Source: a virus (Duplodnaviria; Caudoviricetes). Taken from it: DNA of 64,000 nt. Numbering within the stretch: the stretch's first letter is position 1; each line of letters opens with the position of its first letter. The notes below the pieces were generated by a model. It was given only the letters and a program-made list of their open reading frames with translations, had not been told where the DNA came from and did no database searches. The stretch is from the IMG/VR virus record IMGVR_UViG_2671180089_000001, positions 62,325 through 126,324 of that record; one strand, 5' to 3'. This document shows, in pieces, positions 52,638 through 62,129 of the stretch. Both the position numbers and the translations under genes were made by a program.

Positions 52638-53561
52638 ATGTCCCGTCGCATCGTCGTGACTGCCCTGCTCCCGCATCCCGACCCCGAACCCGCGTACCCG
52701 GAATACGAGGACGTCCGGACGGAGGCCCGGGGGAGGGATGCCGGGCCGATCGGCGGCCGAAGCATCGCCCGCATGGAGGACGTGATCCAGCGCCGCGGCG
52801 GCGACTGGTGCACGGCCGTCCTGGGCCGCCCCTTCCCCGGCCTGCGTCACGCGCCCTCCCTGGACGGGTTCACGCTCCTGGTCGCCGACGAGCGCGGCCT
52901 CGAGCCGGAGCTCCCAGAGAGCATCGTTCAGGCGCGTGCCGCCGAGGAGGCGCGCCGCCGGGAGCGGGAGGCGCAGGCCGCGGCCAAGTTGGAGGCGGAG
53001 AAGCGGCGTTGGGCCCTGGTCACTGCGTCGGCGCCGGTCACGTTCAGCGTGCAGGAGAACGCCCGGCACTCCGGGGTCAGGGGGTCGCTGCGGCACGTCA
53101 CGGCACCCGTCTACCTGCGGTCCGGACGGTCCCGGCTGCACTCGCCCGGCCGCGCGCTGTGTGAGACGCCGGGCCGTACGAACCCGCTGGTCCTGGGCGG
53201 CCCGCTCGTGGACCTGCCGCCCACCTGCCAGCGCTGCATCGAGTACGCGGGCCTGGTGCGCACCCTGGAGGCCCCGGCCCCGCCCACGCCCGGAGAGGCC
53301 GCCACGCTGCGGCTGATCCGGTCAGGCGCGGTGTTCACCATGCGCCCCGGCCGCGGCCAGCCCACCATCCGCGACACCAGCCAGCGCAGCCACGGCACGG
53401 CCGGGGGCCGGCTCGGGCGGAAGGTCGACGCCGCGGTGATGCGCGTGGAGACGAAGGGGTGGGCAACGGTCGAGACCGACGAGTACCGCGCGACGCTACT
53501 GGGGAGCCGGGGGCACCGTTGGCGGCTGACCGACGCCGGTACCGCCGCCCTGGAGGGCTGA
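52638..53561 (+). CDS. Hypothetical protein
   Basis: GAGG RBS; ALC...CQRC; WRLTDAG wing motif. Confidence 0.6.
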   Translation: MSRRIVVTALLPHPDPEPAYPEYEDVRTEARGRDAGPIGGRSIARMEDVIQRRGGDWCTAVLGRPFPGLRHAPSLDGFTLLVADERGLEPELPESIVQARAAEEARRREREAQAAAKLEAEKRRWALVTASAPVTFSVQENARHSGVRGSLRHVTAPVYLRSGRSRLHSPGRALCETPGRTNPLVLGGPLVDLPPTCQRCIEYAGLVRTLEAPAPPTPGEAATLRLIRSGAVFTMRPGRGQPTIRDTSQRSHGTAGGRLGRKVDAAVMRVETKGWATVETDEYRATLLGSRGHRWRLTDAGTAALEG

Positions 53562-53565
53562 TCCC

Positions 53566-54159
53566 ATGGTTGCCAGGATGACCGCGGCGGAGTACACCGC
53601 CCTGATGGCACGCCGCCGCGGCCAGGCGCCCGCCCCTGCCGCGGCGCCGAAGAAGAAGGCCGCGCGGAAGAAGGCCGTGCCCGCGTACCCGGGTCTGCCG
53701 GCCACGCCGCCGGTGCCCGACGTCGAGCCGCTGCTCGCCATGCTGCCCGCCCCCGGGCGGCACTGGGTGCTGCTCATGCCGTACGCCGAGAAGATGCTGA
53801 CCAGCAACGATCGGCATCCGAACTGGAGGGTGGAGCACCGGATTCGGAAGGGGCTCCGCGCGGACGCCACCAGCCTCATCGCGCCCATGCGCGTCCCCCG
53901 TCTGGAGCGCGCGGCGATCTTCTTCGTGCTGCACCCGCGGAGCATCAAGCGGTCCAGGGATCCCCTGAACTGGAGCCCGACCGTGAAGGCGTACGTCGAC
54001 GGCCTGGTGACTCCCAACCCGGAGCAGCCGAAGGCCCGGCATCTGCTGCCGGACGACGACGCCGAGCATCTGCTCGGCCCGTACCCCGTCATGGGGGAGC
54101 CCGTGGAGTCCGGACACGCCCGCATGTCCCTCGTGATCGTTGAACTTACGGGCCGCTGA
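53566..54159 (+). CDS. RusA-like Holliday junction resolvase
   Basis: TSN, RDPLN...KAYVDGL...PDDD. Confidence 0.65.
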   Translation: MVARMTAAEYTALMARRRGQAPAPAAAPKKKAARKKAVPAYPGLPATPPVPDVEPLLAMLPAPGRHWVLLMPYAEKMLTSNDRHPNWRVEHRIRKGLRADATSLIAPMRVPRLERAAIFFVLHPRSIKRSRDPLNWSPTVKAYVDGLVTPNPEQPKARHLLPDDDAEHLLGPYPVMGEPVESGHARMSLVIVELTGR

Positions 54160-54258
54160 CCAGCGGAAACGCAGAAACCGTAACAGGAATCGCCGGTTAG
54201 ACGTACTGGAACTGAGGGCTGGCCCGCCCTCCCGTACCTCGCTAGGAGATGCCCCTCC

Positions 54259-54888
54259 GTGAGCACCACGCCGAATCTGTCCCTCCAGGTCTACGACCCG
54301 GACGGCACGCCCATCCCGCCGGCCGTGAGCCGCGAGCACCTGCTCAACCTGGCCTGCGGCGCCTACAAGCGCGGCGGCACCTACCTCTCCCGCGGCGACC
54401 TGGATATCGAACTTGCCGAGGTCGCCGACAAGGCCGCCTGTTCCCTCCTGCGCGACCGGTGGGACGACAAGTTCCCCATCGCTGCCTACACCGAGCTGCT
54501 CGCCGCCGTTGCCGCGCTGCGCGCCGTTCTCGGCTTCGATCCGACACCGACCGCCCCCGAGGTCATCCAGTGGGCCAAGGAACTGGGGGAAGGGTTGGCA
54601 AGCGGGGTGGAGGCAAATTCCCTGTTCTACGTGGGGTTCACGGCTGGCCCGTACCGAGGCGCTGTACTGCGCTTCCCCGGTGTCCGGAACGGCCGTGGCC
54701 CCGCGGAAAGCATCACGCTCCCGATTGCGTGGGGAGACACAGCGGCCCCCGGCCGTGGCCAGGCGCAGTATCGGCGGTCGCCCATCCCGAACGACGAGGG
54801 GTTGTGGCTGTACCAGCTCGACAAGGCGGTCCGCGAGGACGCACGCCCGGATATCACCGTCCCCCCGTCCGCCCAGGGCGGTGCGTGA
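54259..54888 (+). CDS. Hypothetical protein
   Basis: GGAG RBS; first of a translationally coupled run. Confidence 0.55.
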   Translation: MSTTPNLSLQVYDPDGTPIPPAVSREHLLNLACGAYKRGGTYLSRGDLDIELAEVADKAACSLLRDRWDDKFPIAAYTELLAAVAALRAVLGFDPTPTAPEVIQWAKELGEGLASGVEANSLFYVGFTAGPYRGAVLRFPGVRNGRGPAESITLPIAWGDTAAPGRGQAQYRRSPIPNDEGLWLYQLDKAVREDARPDITVPPSAQGGA

Positions 54889-55154
54889 TGGCACGGAACA
54901 TCAAGGCCGACCACGGCGCCGTCTATCGGGCGGTCATCACATGGACCGAGATCCCGGAGAAGGGCGGCACGGCCCACACGGAGTACGAGGGCCCGTACGG
55001 GAAGGCGGCCGCCGCCCAGGGCCGGGTCACCTTCTGGGAGAACCTCCTCCGCAACGACGACACCGGCAAGACCCGGGCCTCAGGGCGCGTCGAGGAGGGC
55101 ACGATCACCTGGCAGCCCTACACGCCCCCGGCGAAGAAGGGCGGCCGCGCGTGA
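54888..55154 (+). CDS. Hypothetical phage protein
   Basis: TGATG overlap; YRAVI...EGPY....AA.GRV pattern. Confidence 0.6.
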   Translation: MARNIKADHGAVYRAVITWTEIPEKGGTAHTEYEGPYGKAAAAQGRVTFWENLLRNDDTGKTRASGRVEEGTITWQPYTPPAKKGGRA

Positions 55155-55393
55155 TAGCCCTGCTCTCCCCCTTCATCTCCTCCCCGGCCGCGGACTCCGC
55201 ATACGAGGCTGCGCACGAGACCGCGGCCCGTTTCCGGCACGGCGCCTACTCGGTGCCGTGCCCGACATGCCACGTCCCGGCCGGCGTGCTCTGCCTCGCC
55301 CGGCGCAGCATCCACGGTGCCCGCCGGGACCTGTACCTGCAGAACCCGAAGCCCGAGGGCCTGGTCCCGCTTCTCGTGGGACACGCCCGATGA
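55151..55393 (+). CDS. Small Zn-finger protein
   Basis: VPCPTC.V.AG..C....H..R. Confidence 0.55.
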   Translation: MIALLSPFISSPAADSAYEAAHETAARFRHGAYSVPCPTCHVPAGVLCLARRSIHGARRDLYLQNPKPEGLVPLLVGHAR

Positions 55394-55650
55394 GCCGCAC
55401 GGCGGCCGAGGCCGCGCAGGAAGCCGTCGAGTGGGCCGAGCGTGCCGAGATCGCGTTCAGCATGGCCAGCATCCGACGGGCGGAAGGTGCCGCGGTCGCT
55501 GAGCGGCGCGGCCCTCATAGCGAGTCCGCCGCCTGGTACCAGAAGGCCGAGGACAGCGAGCGGGAGCGCGGGACCGCCGCGGCGATGGCGAGCATGTGGG
55601 CCGACGTCGCCGGCGCTCTCCACCTGGTCGAGGAAGGTGAGCCGAAGTGA
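55390..55650 (+). CDS. Hypothetical helical protein
   Basis: ATGA/GTGA overlaps. Confidence 0.55.
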   Translation: MSRTAAEAAQEAVEWAERAEIAFSMASIRRAEGAAVAERRGPHSESAAWYQKAEDSERERGTAAAMASMWADVAGALHLVEEGEPK

Positions 55651-56309
55651 CCGCCCTCGCAGTCGAGGCCCCGGCCGCACCGGAGTGGTCCGGCCGCATG
55701 GTCGTGCGCGCCGCGGGCCGCCCCGTGCTGCACATTGCGGGGGAGGGCGTGGCGGCCCCCGCCGTGCCGGTCTTCACCGTGCCTCTGGAGTGCGCCCCTG
55801 ACGCCGAACAGGCGCCGGGCGTACGGCCGTGGGACGGCCCGGTCACCGAGTCGTCTATCTGCCCGGCCTGCCTGCGCGCCCTTCGCGGTGAGCCGGAGCC
55901 GCCGAGGCCCCGGATCGTCCCCGCCGGCGTCGCCGAGGAGCTGCCGGTTCCCGCGGCCGCGCCGGACCCGCGCGGGCGGCACCTGCGCGCCGTGCCGGCC
56001 CCGGTGACGTACGCCGAGGCGCCTCTGCCCGCTGCGCACGCGGGCCGTCCGATCACCTGGTCCAGGTGGACCGCGGCCCCCGTTATCACTCACCATGACC
56101 CGTCGTGCGAGTGGTGCGGTGACGCGGGCCCCGGCGAGATGGCCGGCGGCCGCCAGGGGCACCCGGCGTCCACGACCGTCCCCTTCCGCCGGTTCATCGC
56201 CTACCGCTGCACCGCATGCCAGGAGATGACCGCGTACGAGCAAGTAGGGACGGATCTCCAGACCATCGCCCACCACAAGTCGCGCGCCCCGAAGGACTGC
56301 AATCGATGA
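55647..56309 (+). CDS. Hypothetical Zn-binding protein
   Basis: CPAC, CEWC and CTAC. Confidence 0.6.
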   Translation: MTALAVEAPAAPEWSGRMVVRAAGRPVLHIAGEGVAAPAVPVFTVPLECAPDAEQAPGVRPWDGPVTESSICPACLRALRGEPEPPRPRIVPAGVAEELPVPAAAPDPRGRHLRAVPAPVTYAEAPLPAAHAGRPITWSRWTAAPVITHHDPSCEWCGDAGPGEMAGGRQGHPASTTVPFRRFIAYRCTACQEMTAYEQVGTDLQTIAHHKSRAPKDCNR

Positions 56310-56578
56310 CCACCGTTGCCGAAGCCCCCTCCCTGTCCGAGCTCGAGCAGCGCCTGGCCCTGGTCGCGTGCGGCGAGAACAACCGGCCCGGGAAGACCCG
56401 GGCATGCGACTCCTGCCGCCGGAAGGGCCAGGTCTTGCTCCGCATCGCCTCCACCGGCGCCGCCGACGCTCTCGCCGCGGCGATATGCGGCACCGGCGAC
56501 CGCCGGGTCAAGACGTGCGATCCGTGCAGGCAGAAGGCTGTACGGATGATCCGTATCTACAACGGGGAGACCGAGTGA
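56306..56578 (+). CDS. Small Cys-rich protein with internal repeat
   Basis: CG...CDSCRRK and CG...CDPCRQK. Confidence 0.6.
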   Translation: MTTVAEAPSLSELEQRLALVACGENNRPGKTRACDSCRRKGQVLLRIASTGAADALAAAICGTGDRRVKTCDPCRQKAVRMIRIYNGETE

Positions 56579-56751
56579 CTACTGCCACTGGCCGCGCGGC
56601 CGTGTTCCTGGCTCCCGCTGGCACCCCGACCACCTCGGCCGACGACTGGACGCGCGTCGGCTACATCGAGTTCGTGTTCGAGGCCGCCACTGATCCGCGC
56701 CCGTCGACGCCGGAGCTCCTGGTGGCGGAAGCCGTTGAGGAGCCGCGGTGA
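56575..56751 (+). CDS. Small hypothetical protein
   Basis: GTGA overlap; VFLAPAGTP....W..VG. Confidence 0.5.
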   Translation: MTTATGRAAVFLAPAGTPTTSADDWTRVGYIEFVFEAATDPRPSTPELLVAEAVEEPR

Positions 56752-57084
56752 CGCGCCCAGGGAACCACGAGCTCGCCCCCGAGGAGCTGTTCGAGCTGCT
56801 CGGGGGCGAGTTGCCGTCCACGTTGCCTCTTGAGGGTTGGCGCACGATGAGGGGGTCGAGGAACATCGGCGTCAGATCGTGCGGCTGTACGCTCCGTGAT
56901 CACCGGTGCCGCAGATAATGCGCCGATATCTGCGGCACCGGTAACACCGGCTGTGGCTACGCCTGGCTGAGAGTGCGCGAAGCGACCCCGTTATCTGCGG
57001 CAAGGCCCTTCTTCGGGGTGTCGCCCCCATCGCGCTCTCGACAGCCCCCAGTCTGGTGTCACTGTCGCCAACCGAGGAGGAGCC

Positions 57085-57480
57085 ATGGCCGCGCTCCGGT
57101 ACGTTCTCGACATCACTCAAGACGATGTCAATGCCGCTCTCGCCTGCGTGTCCCAACACGCTCGGGCAGAGAAGGCGGGCAGCCATGCCGCGAACCTCGC
57201 CTTCAGCCTGTACACAGTCGCCCACTCCCTTGGTGAGCGAATCCGCACCCGGCTACAGCTCACCGCCGCCGGACACCATGACCACGACACCGTCGTCCAG
57301 TTGCGGAACGAATGGAACGACCTGATGTGCTGCGTCGAGCCCTGGCAGGGCCAGGAGCTATTCGACGAGCAGCGATTCCGCACGGTTGAGCATACGAATG
57401 AGGCCGGTGCCGCCTTCCGCTCCTACGCCCTCAGCCAGGCCAGGAAGTTCGCGGCCGGGACCGTCGCTCCGCCGCTGTAG
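57085..57480 (+). CDS. Hypothetical protein
   Basis: GAGGAG RBS; WNDL....EPW pattern. Confidence 0.6.
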   Translation: MAALRYVLDITQDDVNAALACVSQHARAEKAGSHAANLAFSLYTVAHSLGERIRTRLQLTAAGHHDHDTVVQLRNEWNDLMCCVEPWQGQELFDEQRFRTVEHTNEAGAAFRSYALSQARKFAAGTVAPPL

Positions 57481-57651
57481 ATCGGGCCGTAGCGCACGAT
57501 CTGGCGTGGATGTTCCTCAACCCCCGATGACGCTGCACTGCCAGGTCGACGCGATCGGCCGGTCGGATCGGCACGAGGACCTCGTGAAGCTCGAAGTGTC
57601 GTTCCCTCCGCCGAAGCAGGTGCGCAGAGGCAACCCGATGCCGAACGCTTG

Positions 57652-57676
57652 TAATTACAGTCCACGACTGTAATTA
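57652..57676. promoter_or_regulatory. Palindromic operator overlapping promoter of HTH gene
   Basis: TAATTACAGTC-cac-GACTGTAATTA, 7 nt before the GTG at 57684. Confidence 0.75.
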
Positions 57677-57683
57677 TGCCTTC

Positions 57684-58457
57684 GTGATTGTTCCTCAGCT
57701 CTCAGACTTTCTCGCCCCTGCCGACATCGAGGTCCGCATGGAGGGTTTCGGCTACGAGCAAGGCACCGCCGTGGTATGGCTCCAGGACACATGGGCCGGG
57801 CCGGGCAACCCCGCCACGTTCCGCCGTGGTGTTGAGCTCCGGTCCTATCTGGACGGTGAACACGTCAACCGCACACGGATCGAAGGCGCCACCGATCTGG
57901 ACGATCCGCAAGTGCAGAAGGCAGCCGCAGCCTTGCAGCGCGACTTGATCGCCACCCACGGACAGCGGTACCTGGAGCCAGGACGAGCCGAGATCGAGCG
58001 CTTCGGCGACCCCCAGCATCTGATCGCGAAGAACGACGACCTCAGGGCCCACTTCTATCGGCGGGTCAAGGAGGGCCACCACACGCCGAAGGACCTGGCG
58101 CTGGTCGCCGAAGTCGAGGCCAAAGAGGCGGAGCTCAAGGACCTGCGACGCCAGTACGCCATCGCACTCTGGCGCTACCTCGCCCACCTCTACCAGCACG
58201 GTATGAGTCCTACCGGTATCGCCCGCTGGACCGAGCAGACCGTCGCCGCAGTGAAACGGCGGATCGACAACGTGTCCACCGCCGGCGCCGCCGCCATTAC
58301 CGGGGTCGAGGCGAAGACCTGGGCCGCTTACGTCGCACGGGGGCAGGCCCCCGCCGCAGACGATCATGTGGGGCGCGAGCCGGTCTGGCACCTGTCAACG
58401 GTGCTGGCCAACCTCGAATCTCGCCCCGGCGCCCCGGGCCGCCCGCCGAAGCCATGA
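57684..58457 (+). CDS. DNA-binding protein with C-terminal AlpA/MerR-like HTH
   Basis: AAAITGV..KTW.AYVARGQAP..D...GR.PVW...RPG. Confidence 0.7.
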   Translation: MIVPQLSDFLAPADIEVRMEGFGYEQGTAVVWLQDTWAGPGNPATFRRGVELRSYLDGEHVNRTRIEGATDLDDPQVQKAAAALQRDLIATHGQRYLEPGRAEIERFGDPQHLIAKNDDLRAHFYRRVKEGHHTPKDLALVAEVEAKEAELKDLRRQYAIALWRYLAHLYQHGMSPTGIARWTEQTVAAVKRRIDNVSTAGAAAITGVEAKTWAAYVARGQAPAADDHVGREPVWHLSTVLANLESRPGAPGRPPKP

Positions 58458-59710
58458 CGGCTACCACACGACGCCCCGGAGAACGCCGCACGGGCCCGCC
58501 ACCGAAAGAGGTGGCGGGCCCTGTTGCGTACCAAGGACCGCCTGCGATTAAGACTGCGCCCCTGCCGGACGGAATGGGCGTCAACATCGGCCAGGCCGGC
58601 GTTACCGGCGACACCGAGGAGGAGACGGCGCTCCGCCGCGCCCTGGTGGCCCTGGGCGTGCCCGCGGCCGACGTCTCCCGAATCGTGTTCACCGACACCG
58701 GGTGGTACGCGATGGTGACGCTCCCGCCGGGCAAGAACACGTCCGCGCAGGTCGTCATCGCCAAGCGGCAGCAGCTCCAGGCGAACCTCGACCTCCCCGG
58801 CCGGCTGCGCCTCTCCGAGGGCCCCCAAGCCAACCAGCTGATGGTGCGCCTGCAGACCGCCGACCCGCTCGCCGGAGACGGGATCCCGTGGCCGGGCGTG
58901 CGCGTCAGCTCGATCGAACAACCCATCCCGATCGGCATCTACCCCGACGGCACGGAGATCCTGGTCGACCTGGTCGACGGGCACGTCCTCATCGCGGGTG
59001 GCACGAACAAGGGCAAGTCGGGGGCTGTCAACGTCCTCGCCGCGAACCTGGTGGCCTGCGACGACGTCGACATCGCGGGCATCGACATGAAGCCCGGCGC
59101 GCTCGAGCTGGGCCCGTGGCAGCCGAACATGGTGGCCCTGGCCGACGATGCCGACACCGCCCGCCAGGTCCTGGTCTGGCTCCGATCCGAGATGACGCGG
59201 CGCGGCAAGTACCTGGCGACGCTGCGCGGCCCCAACGGGGAGCGGGTCAAGAAGTGGACCCGCGAGCACGGCAAGTACATCGTCCTGATCATCGACGAGC
59301 TCGCCGAGCTCCTCCGCCAGGCGCCCGACGTCGTCTCCGAGCTGATGACGCTCATGCAGGTGTCCCGCGCGATGGGCATCCGCATCGTCGCGGCGACCCA
59401 GTCGCCGAGCGAGCAGGCGTTCGGCGGCAAGGGCACCGACACGCGGCAGCAGTTCGGTACGCGTATCGGCCTGCCGGTGAACGAGCCGACCCCCATCAAC
59501 ATGATCATGGGAACCGGTGCGTACGGGAAGGGCTGGTTCCTCGCCGGGGCGAGTCAGCTCGTCAGCGCGATGACGGGCGTGGGCAGTGCGGCGGCCGCGA
59601 TTGCGCTGCTGCTCCTGGCCTGGAAGATGTCGCCCTCGAGCCGGGCCGGGAAGACGGTGAACATCACGAACAACAACCGGTGGGGCGGCCGCTCCTCGAC
59701 GCGTGTGTGA
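58454..59710 (+). CDS. FtsK/SpoIIIE (TraB-like) ATPase, apparently truncated and fused
   Basis: Walker A GGTNKGKS, IDMK, Walker B LIIDE and ATQ motifs; abnormal hydrophobic C-terminus. Confidence 0.8.
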   Translation: MTATTRRPGERRTGPPPKEVAGPVAYQGPPAIKTAPLPDGMGVNIGQAGVTGDTEEETALRRALVALGVPAADVSRIVFTDTGWYAMVTLPPGKNTSAQVVIAKRQQLQANLDLPGRLRLSEGPQANQLMVRLQTADPLAGDGIPWPGVRVSSIEQPIPIGIYPDGTEILVDLVDGHVLIAGGTNKGKSGAVNVLAANLVACDDVDIAGIDMKPGALELGPWQPNMVALADDADTARQVLVWLRSEMTRRGKYLATLRGPNGERVKKWTREHGKYIVLIIDELAELLRQAPDVVSELMTLMQVSRAMGIRIVAATQSPSEQAFGGKGTDTRQQFGTRIGLPVNEPTPINMIMGTGAYGKGWFLAGASQLVSAMTGVGSAAAAIALLLLAWKMSPSSRAGKTVNITNNNRWGGRSSTRV

Positions 59711-59721
59711 CCCTGCCGACC

Positions 59722-59752
59722 CAAGGGCCCTGGCCGCCGGCCGGGGCCCTTG
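59722..59752 (+). terminator. Stem-loop after FtsK-like gene
   Basis: CAAGGGCCC...GGGCCCTTG. Confidence 0.5.
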
Positions 59753-59791
59753 TCGTGTCCGTGTCGGCGCGGCGTGCGATGATCCCGCGTC

Positions 59792-60259
59792 ATGGGGAGA
59801 CACATCTGGGGGGAGACGGTCGGCGCGTTGGTCCTGGCCGTGACCGTGGCGGCCGCGAGCGGCTGCAGCTCGAGCGACGGGGACTCCGAGAAGCCGGCCG
59901 CGAAGCCGACGCCGAGGGTCCTGAGCGTGGGCAAGGCGACCACCACGTTCCAGGCCGCGGTCGAGAAGTTCGACGCGGACGGCGGCTGCCTCGAGCAGGC
60001 GCCGGGGACGTGCTGGGAGCAGATGCAGGCGCTCATGAAGCCTGCACGCGACCTGCGGAAGGCGGCGAACGCCGACAAGAAGACCGGCCCGGAGTTCTGG
60101 TCGAAGGCGTACGCGCTGATCGACACCATGGAGGACGGCATCGCGGTGGGGGAGGACAAGGGCGTCCCGGCCGGCGGCGCGAGCATGACGAACCGGGACG
60201 ACGTCCTCGGCTCCGCCCACGACCTGTCGGACTGGCTGGACGAGAACCCCGTCGCGTAG
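59792..60259 (+). CDS. Lipoprotein
   Basis: Hydrophobic signal with AASGC lipobox. Confidence 0.7.
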   Translation: MGRHIWGETVGALVLAVTVAAASGCSSSDGDSEKPAAKPTPRVLSVGKATTTFQAAVEKFDADGGCLEQAPGTCWEQMQALMKPARDLRKAANADKKTGPEFWSKAYALIDTMEDGIAVGEDKGVPAGGASMTNRDDVLGSAHDLSDWLDENPVA

Positions 60260-60311
60260 CAGTTTCCGCAGCTCGCACCGCACTGTCGGTGGGCTGCTCT
60301 AGGCTCCGCCC

Positions 60312-60809
60312 ATGCCGATTCACTACACGACGTTCGTGATGCCTGGCGCAGTGATGGGGATGCCGCACGACACCCCGTTCTTCGTGCTCGGAGCCGAGTT
60401 CAAGGAGGAGCTCGGCAGCATCCCGGCCGTCACCTCGTTGCACCGCATCGAGAACCAGATGATGCCGTACAGCCACGCGTCGATGGTCCTGGGCGAGGTT
60501 CCCGTGAGCGACCTCTGGGCGACGACGTCGACTGAGCAGTACGACGGCCGGGCAAAGGTGGTGATCCTGCGGGATCCCGTACCGCACGATGTCGATACGA
60601 AGTACGCGGAGCTGACGGAGGGGGTTCTCGGCCCGGACCTTCCCCCGTGGCTGGGCCTGATGCTGGCCGGGGAGATCCGTTCGTACTCCAGGGACGTGCC
60701 GGTGACGGTGGGGAGGGACTTCGCCGACGTGATGAGCATCGGCATCGACCCCTCAGCGCCCACGACGTTCCCGGCCTGGGCGCACCAGGTCATCCCGCCT
60801 GGGAGCTGA
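60312..60809 (+). CDS. Hypothetical protein
   Basis: 165-aa ORF, TAGGCT -10-like hexamer just upstream, terminator downstream. Confidence 0.55.
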   Translation: MPIHYTTFVMPGAVMGMPHDTPFFVLGAEFKEELGSIPAVTSLHRIENQMMPYSHASMVLGEVPVSDLWATTSTEQYDGRAKVVILRDPVPHDVDTKYAELTEGVLGPDLPPWLGLMLAGEIRSYSRDVPVTVGRDFADVMSIGIDPSAPTTFPAWAHQVIPPGS

Positions 60810-60817
60810 CCAACTCG

Positions 60818-60854
60818 CGCAGGGGCCCCGTACGCACCGTACGGGGCCCCTGCG
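60818..60854. terminator. Bidirectional terminator hairpin
   Basis: Perfect 17-bp stem CGCAGGGGCCCCGTACG-cac-CGTACGGGGCCCCTGCG between convergent genes. Confidence 0.8.
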
Positions 60855-60859
60855 GCGTT

Positions 60860-61102
60860 CTACGGGCGGGGGAGCCCCCTTCGGCCCGGGGCGGGCCGGT
60901 CGGTACGCTCTACGGTCACCTGGGGGTCTTGCTGGTCGGCGAGGAGGAGCTCGAACACGACGCGTTCGCCGGGGCCGCGCTTGCCCAGTACGCGGGTGCC
61001 GCTCGCCACGAACGCGGGGTGCGCCCGGAGTAGAGGCATCAGCGTCTCCAAGAGGGCGGTGACCTCTCCCTCGTCGTCGCTCATCACGCGGATCTGGGCC
61101 AT
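60860..61102 (-). CDS. Hypothetical protein
   Basis: TGATG-coupled to upstream gene. Confidence 0.6.
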   Translation of the reverse strand: MAQIRVMSDDEGEVTALLETLMPLLRAHPAFVASGTRVLGKRGPGERVVFELLLADQQDPQVTVERTDRPAPGRRGLPRP

Positions 61103-61692
61103 CAGCCGGCCACCTCAATCAGGTCGCCGAGGATGACGCGCATCCGGTCTGCGGTGCAGCCGCACGGTAGCCGCAGGTAGATGGCTTCGACAGGCTCCCC
61201 CTGGTCGTCGGAGACCACGGCCTGCACGTAGTTAAACTCCCGCCCGGCGCACGAGTAGCAGGGCGATTCCTCGTCCTCGTCCTCGTCGTACAGGCCGTCA
61301 TCCATGTCGGGGTCGGTGTGCGGATGTCCGCAACCGTTTTCCGCGTGCTCAGCACGGCCGCAGCCTTCGCACTTGGAGCACACGACTTCGACCAGGAGCG
61401 GGGGCCGGCCACCGTCGGACGGCTGGGCGAAGGCGCGCCCCTCGGCGTCGAGGCCCGATCCCTGGCAGTCGTCGCAGGGGCGGGCGTCGCCCAGGTCGGG
61501 GGCGGCGAGGGGGACGTACAGGTACTCGGGGAGCAGGAACCGGGTGGGGTTGCCTGCCGCGGTGTCCGTCGGCCGGGCGGGCGTGTCGCGGAGGGTGCGG
61601 AGCCGCGCGAGGGCAGCGCTGTACGGGATTTCCTCCCGCGCGGCCAGTTCGCGAGCGCGGCGCTTGAGGTCGTTGCTGACGTGCCGTGACAT
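61102..61692 (-). CDS. Zn-ribbon (CxxCxGxG) protein with short basic N-terminal motif
   Basis: GGAG RBS; CDDCQGSG, CSKCEGCG and CYSC. Confidence 0.65.
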   Translation of the reverse strand: MSRHVSNDLKRRARELAAREEIPYSAALARLRTLRDTPARPTDTAAGNPTRFLLPEYLYVPLAAPDLGDARPCDDCQGSGLDAEGRAFAQPSDGGRPPLLVEVVCSKCEGCGRAEHAENGCGHPHTDPDMDDGLYDEDEDEESPCYSCAGREFNYVQAVVSDDQGEPVEAIYLRLPCGCTADRMRVILGDLIEVAG

Positions 61693-61860
61693 GTGAGTCT
61701 CCGAGGCAGGCCCCACGCTGCCCGCCTGGGTATCAGGGCAAGGGCGACCGTCACGGGCCCTCGCCGGGGTGTACCCGGGTGCCGGTAGCAGTGTCCGGCG
61801 AGCCTTCGACCGTGGTGCCGTCGCTGCGTGGGTAGCGGGTCGGCGGTCTGTGCGGCGTGT
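61693..61860 (-). ncRNA. Candidate structured 5' leader RNA, copy 1
   Basis: CCCACGC...GCGTGGG closing stem; shares blocks with 63661-63825. Confidence 0.5.
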
Positions 61861-61922
61861 CTCCACACTGTGATGCGGGGCCAGCGTAGCCGTATACCCA
61901 TGCATACCGCTAGATTTCCGGC

Positions 61923-62126
61923 ATGACTGAACTGCAGCAACTTCAGTACGTGGGCGGGCCGTTCGACGGCGGCACAGCGCCAGACGACTTCATCGACCGC
62001 ATCGACATGCGCTCCCCAGCGGGCACCGGGGCGTACGTCCTGACCCAGGACAAGGAGACCGACACCCAGGTCTACCGCTGGGAGCCGGAGGGAGATGAAT
62101 CCGCAGGTCAGAAGGCTTATTCGTGA
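61923..62126 (+). CDS. Small hypothetical protein
   Basis: GGPFDG...Y...Y.W pattern; probably leaderless. Confidence 0.55.
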   Translation: MTELQQLQYVGGPFDGGTAPDDFIDRIDMRSPAGTGAYVLTQDKETDTQVYRWEPEGDESAGQKAYS

Positions 62127-62129
62127 GGT

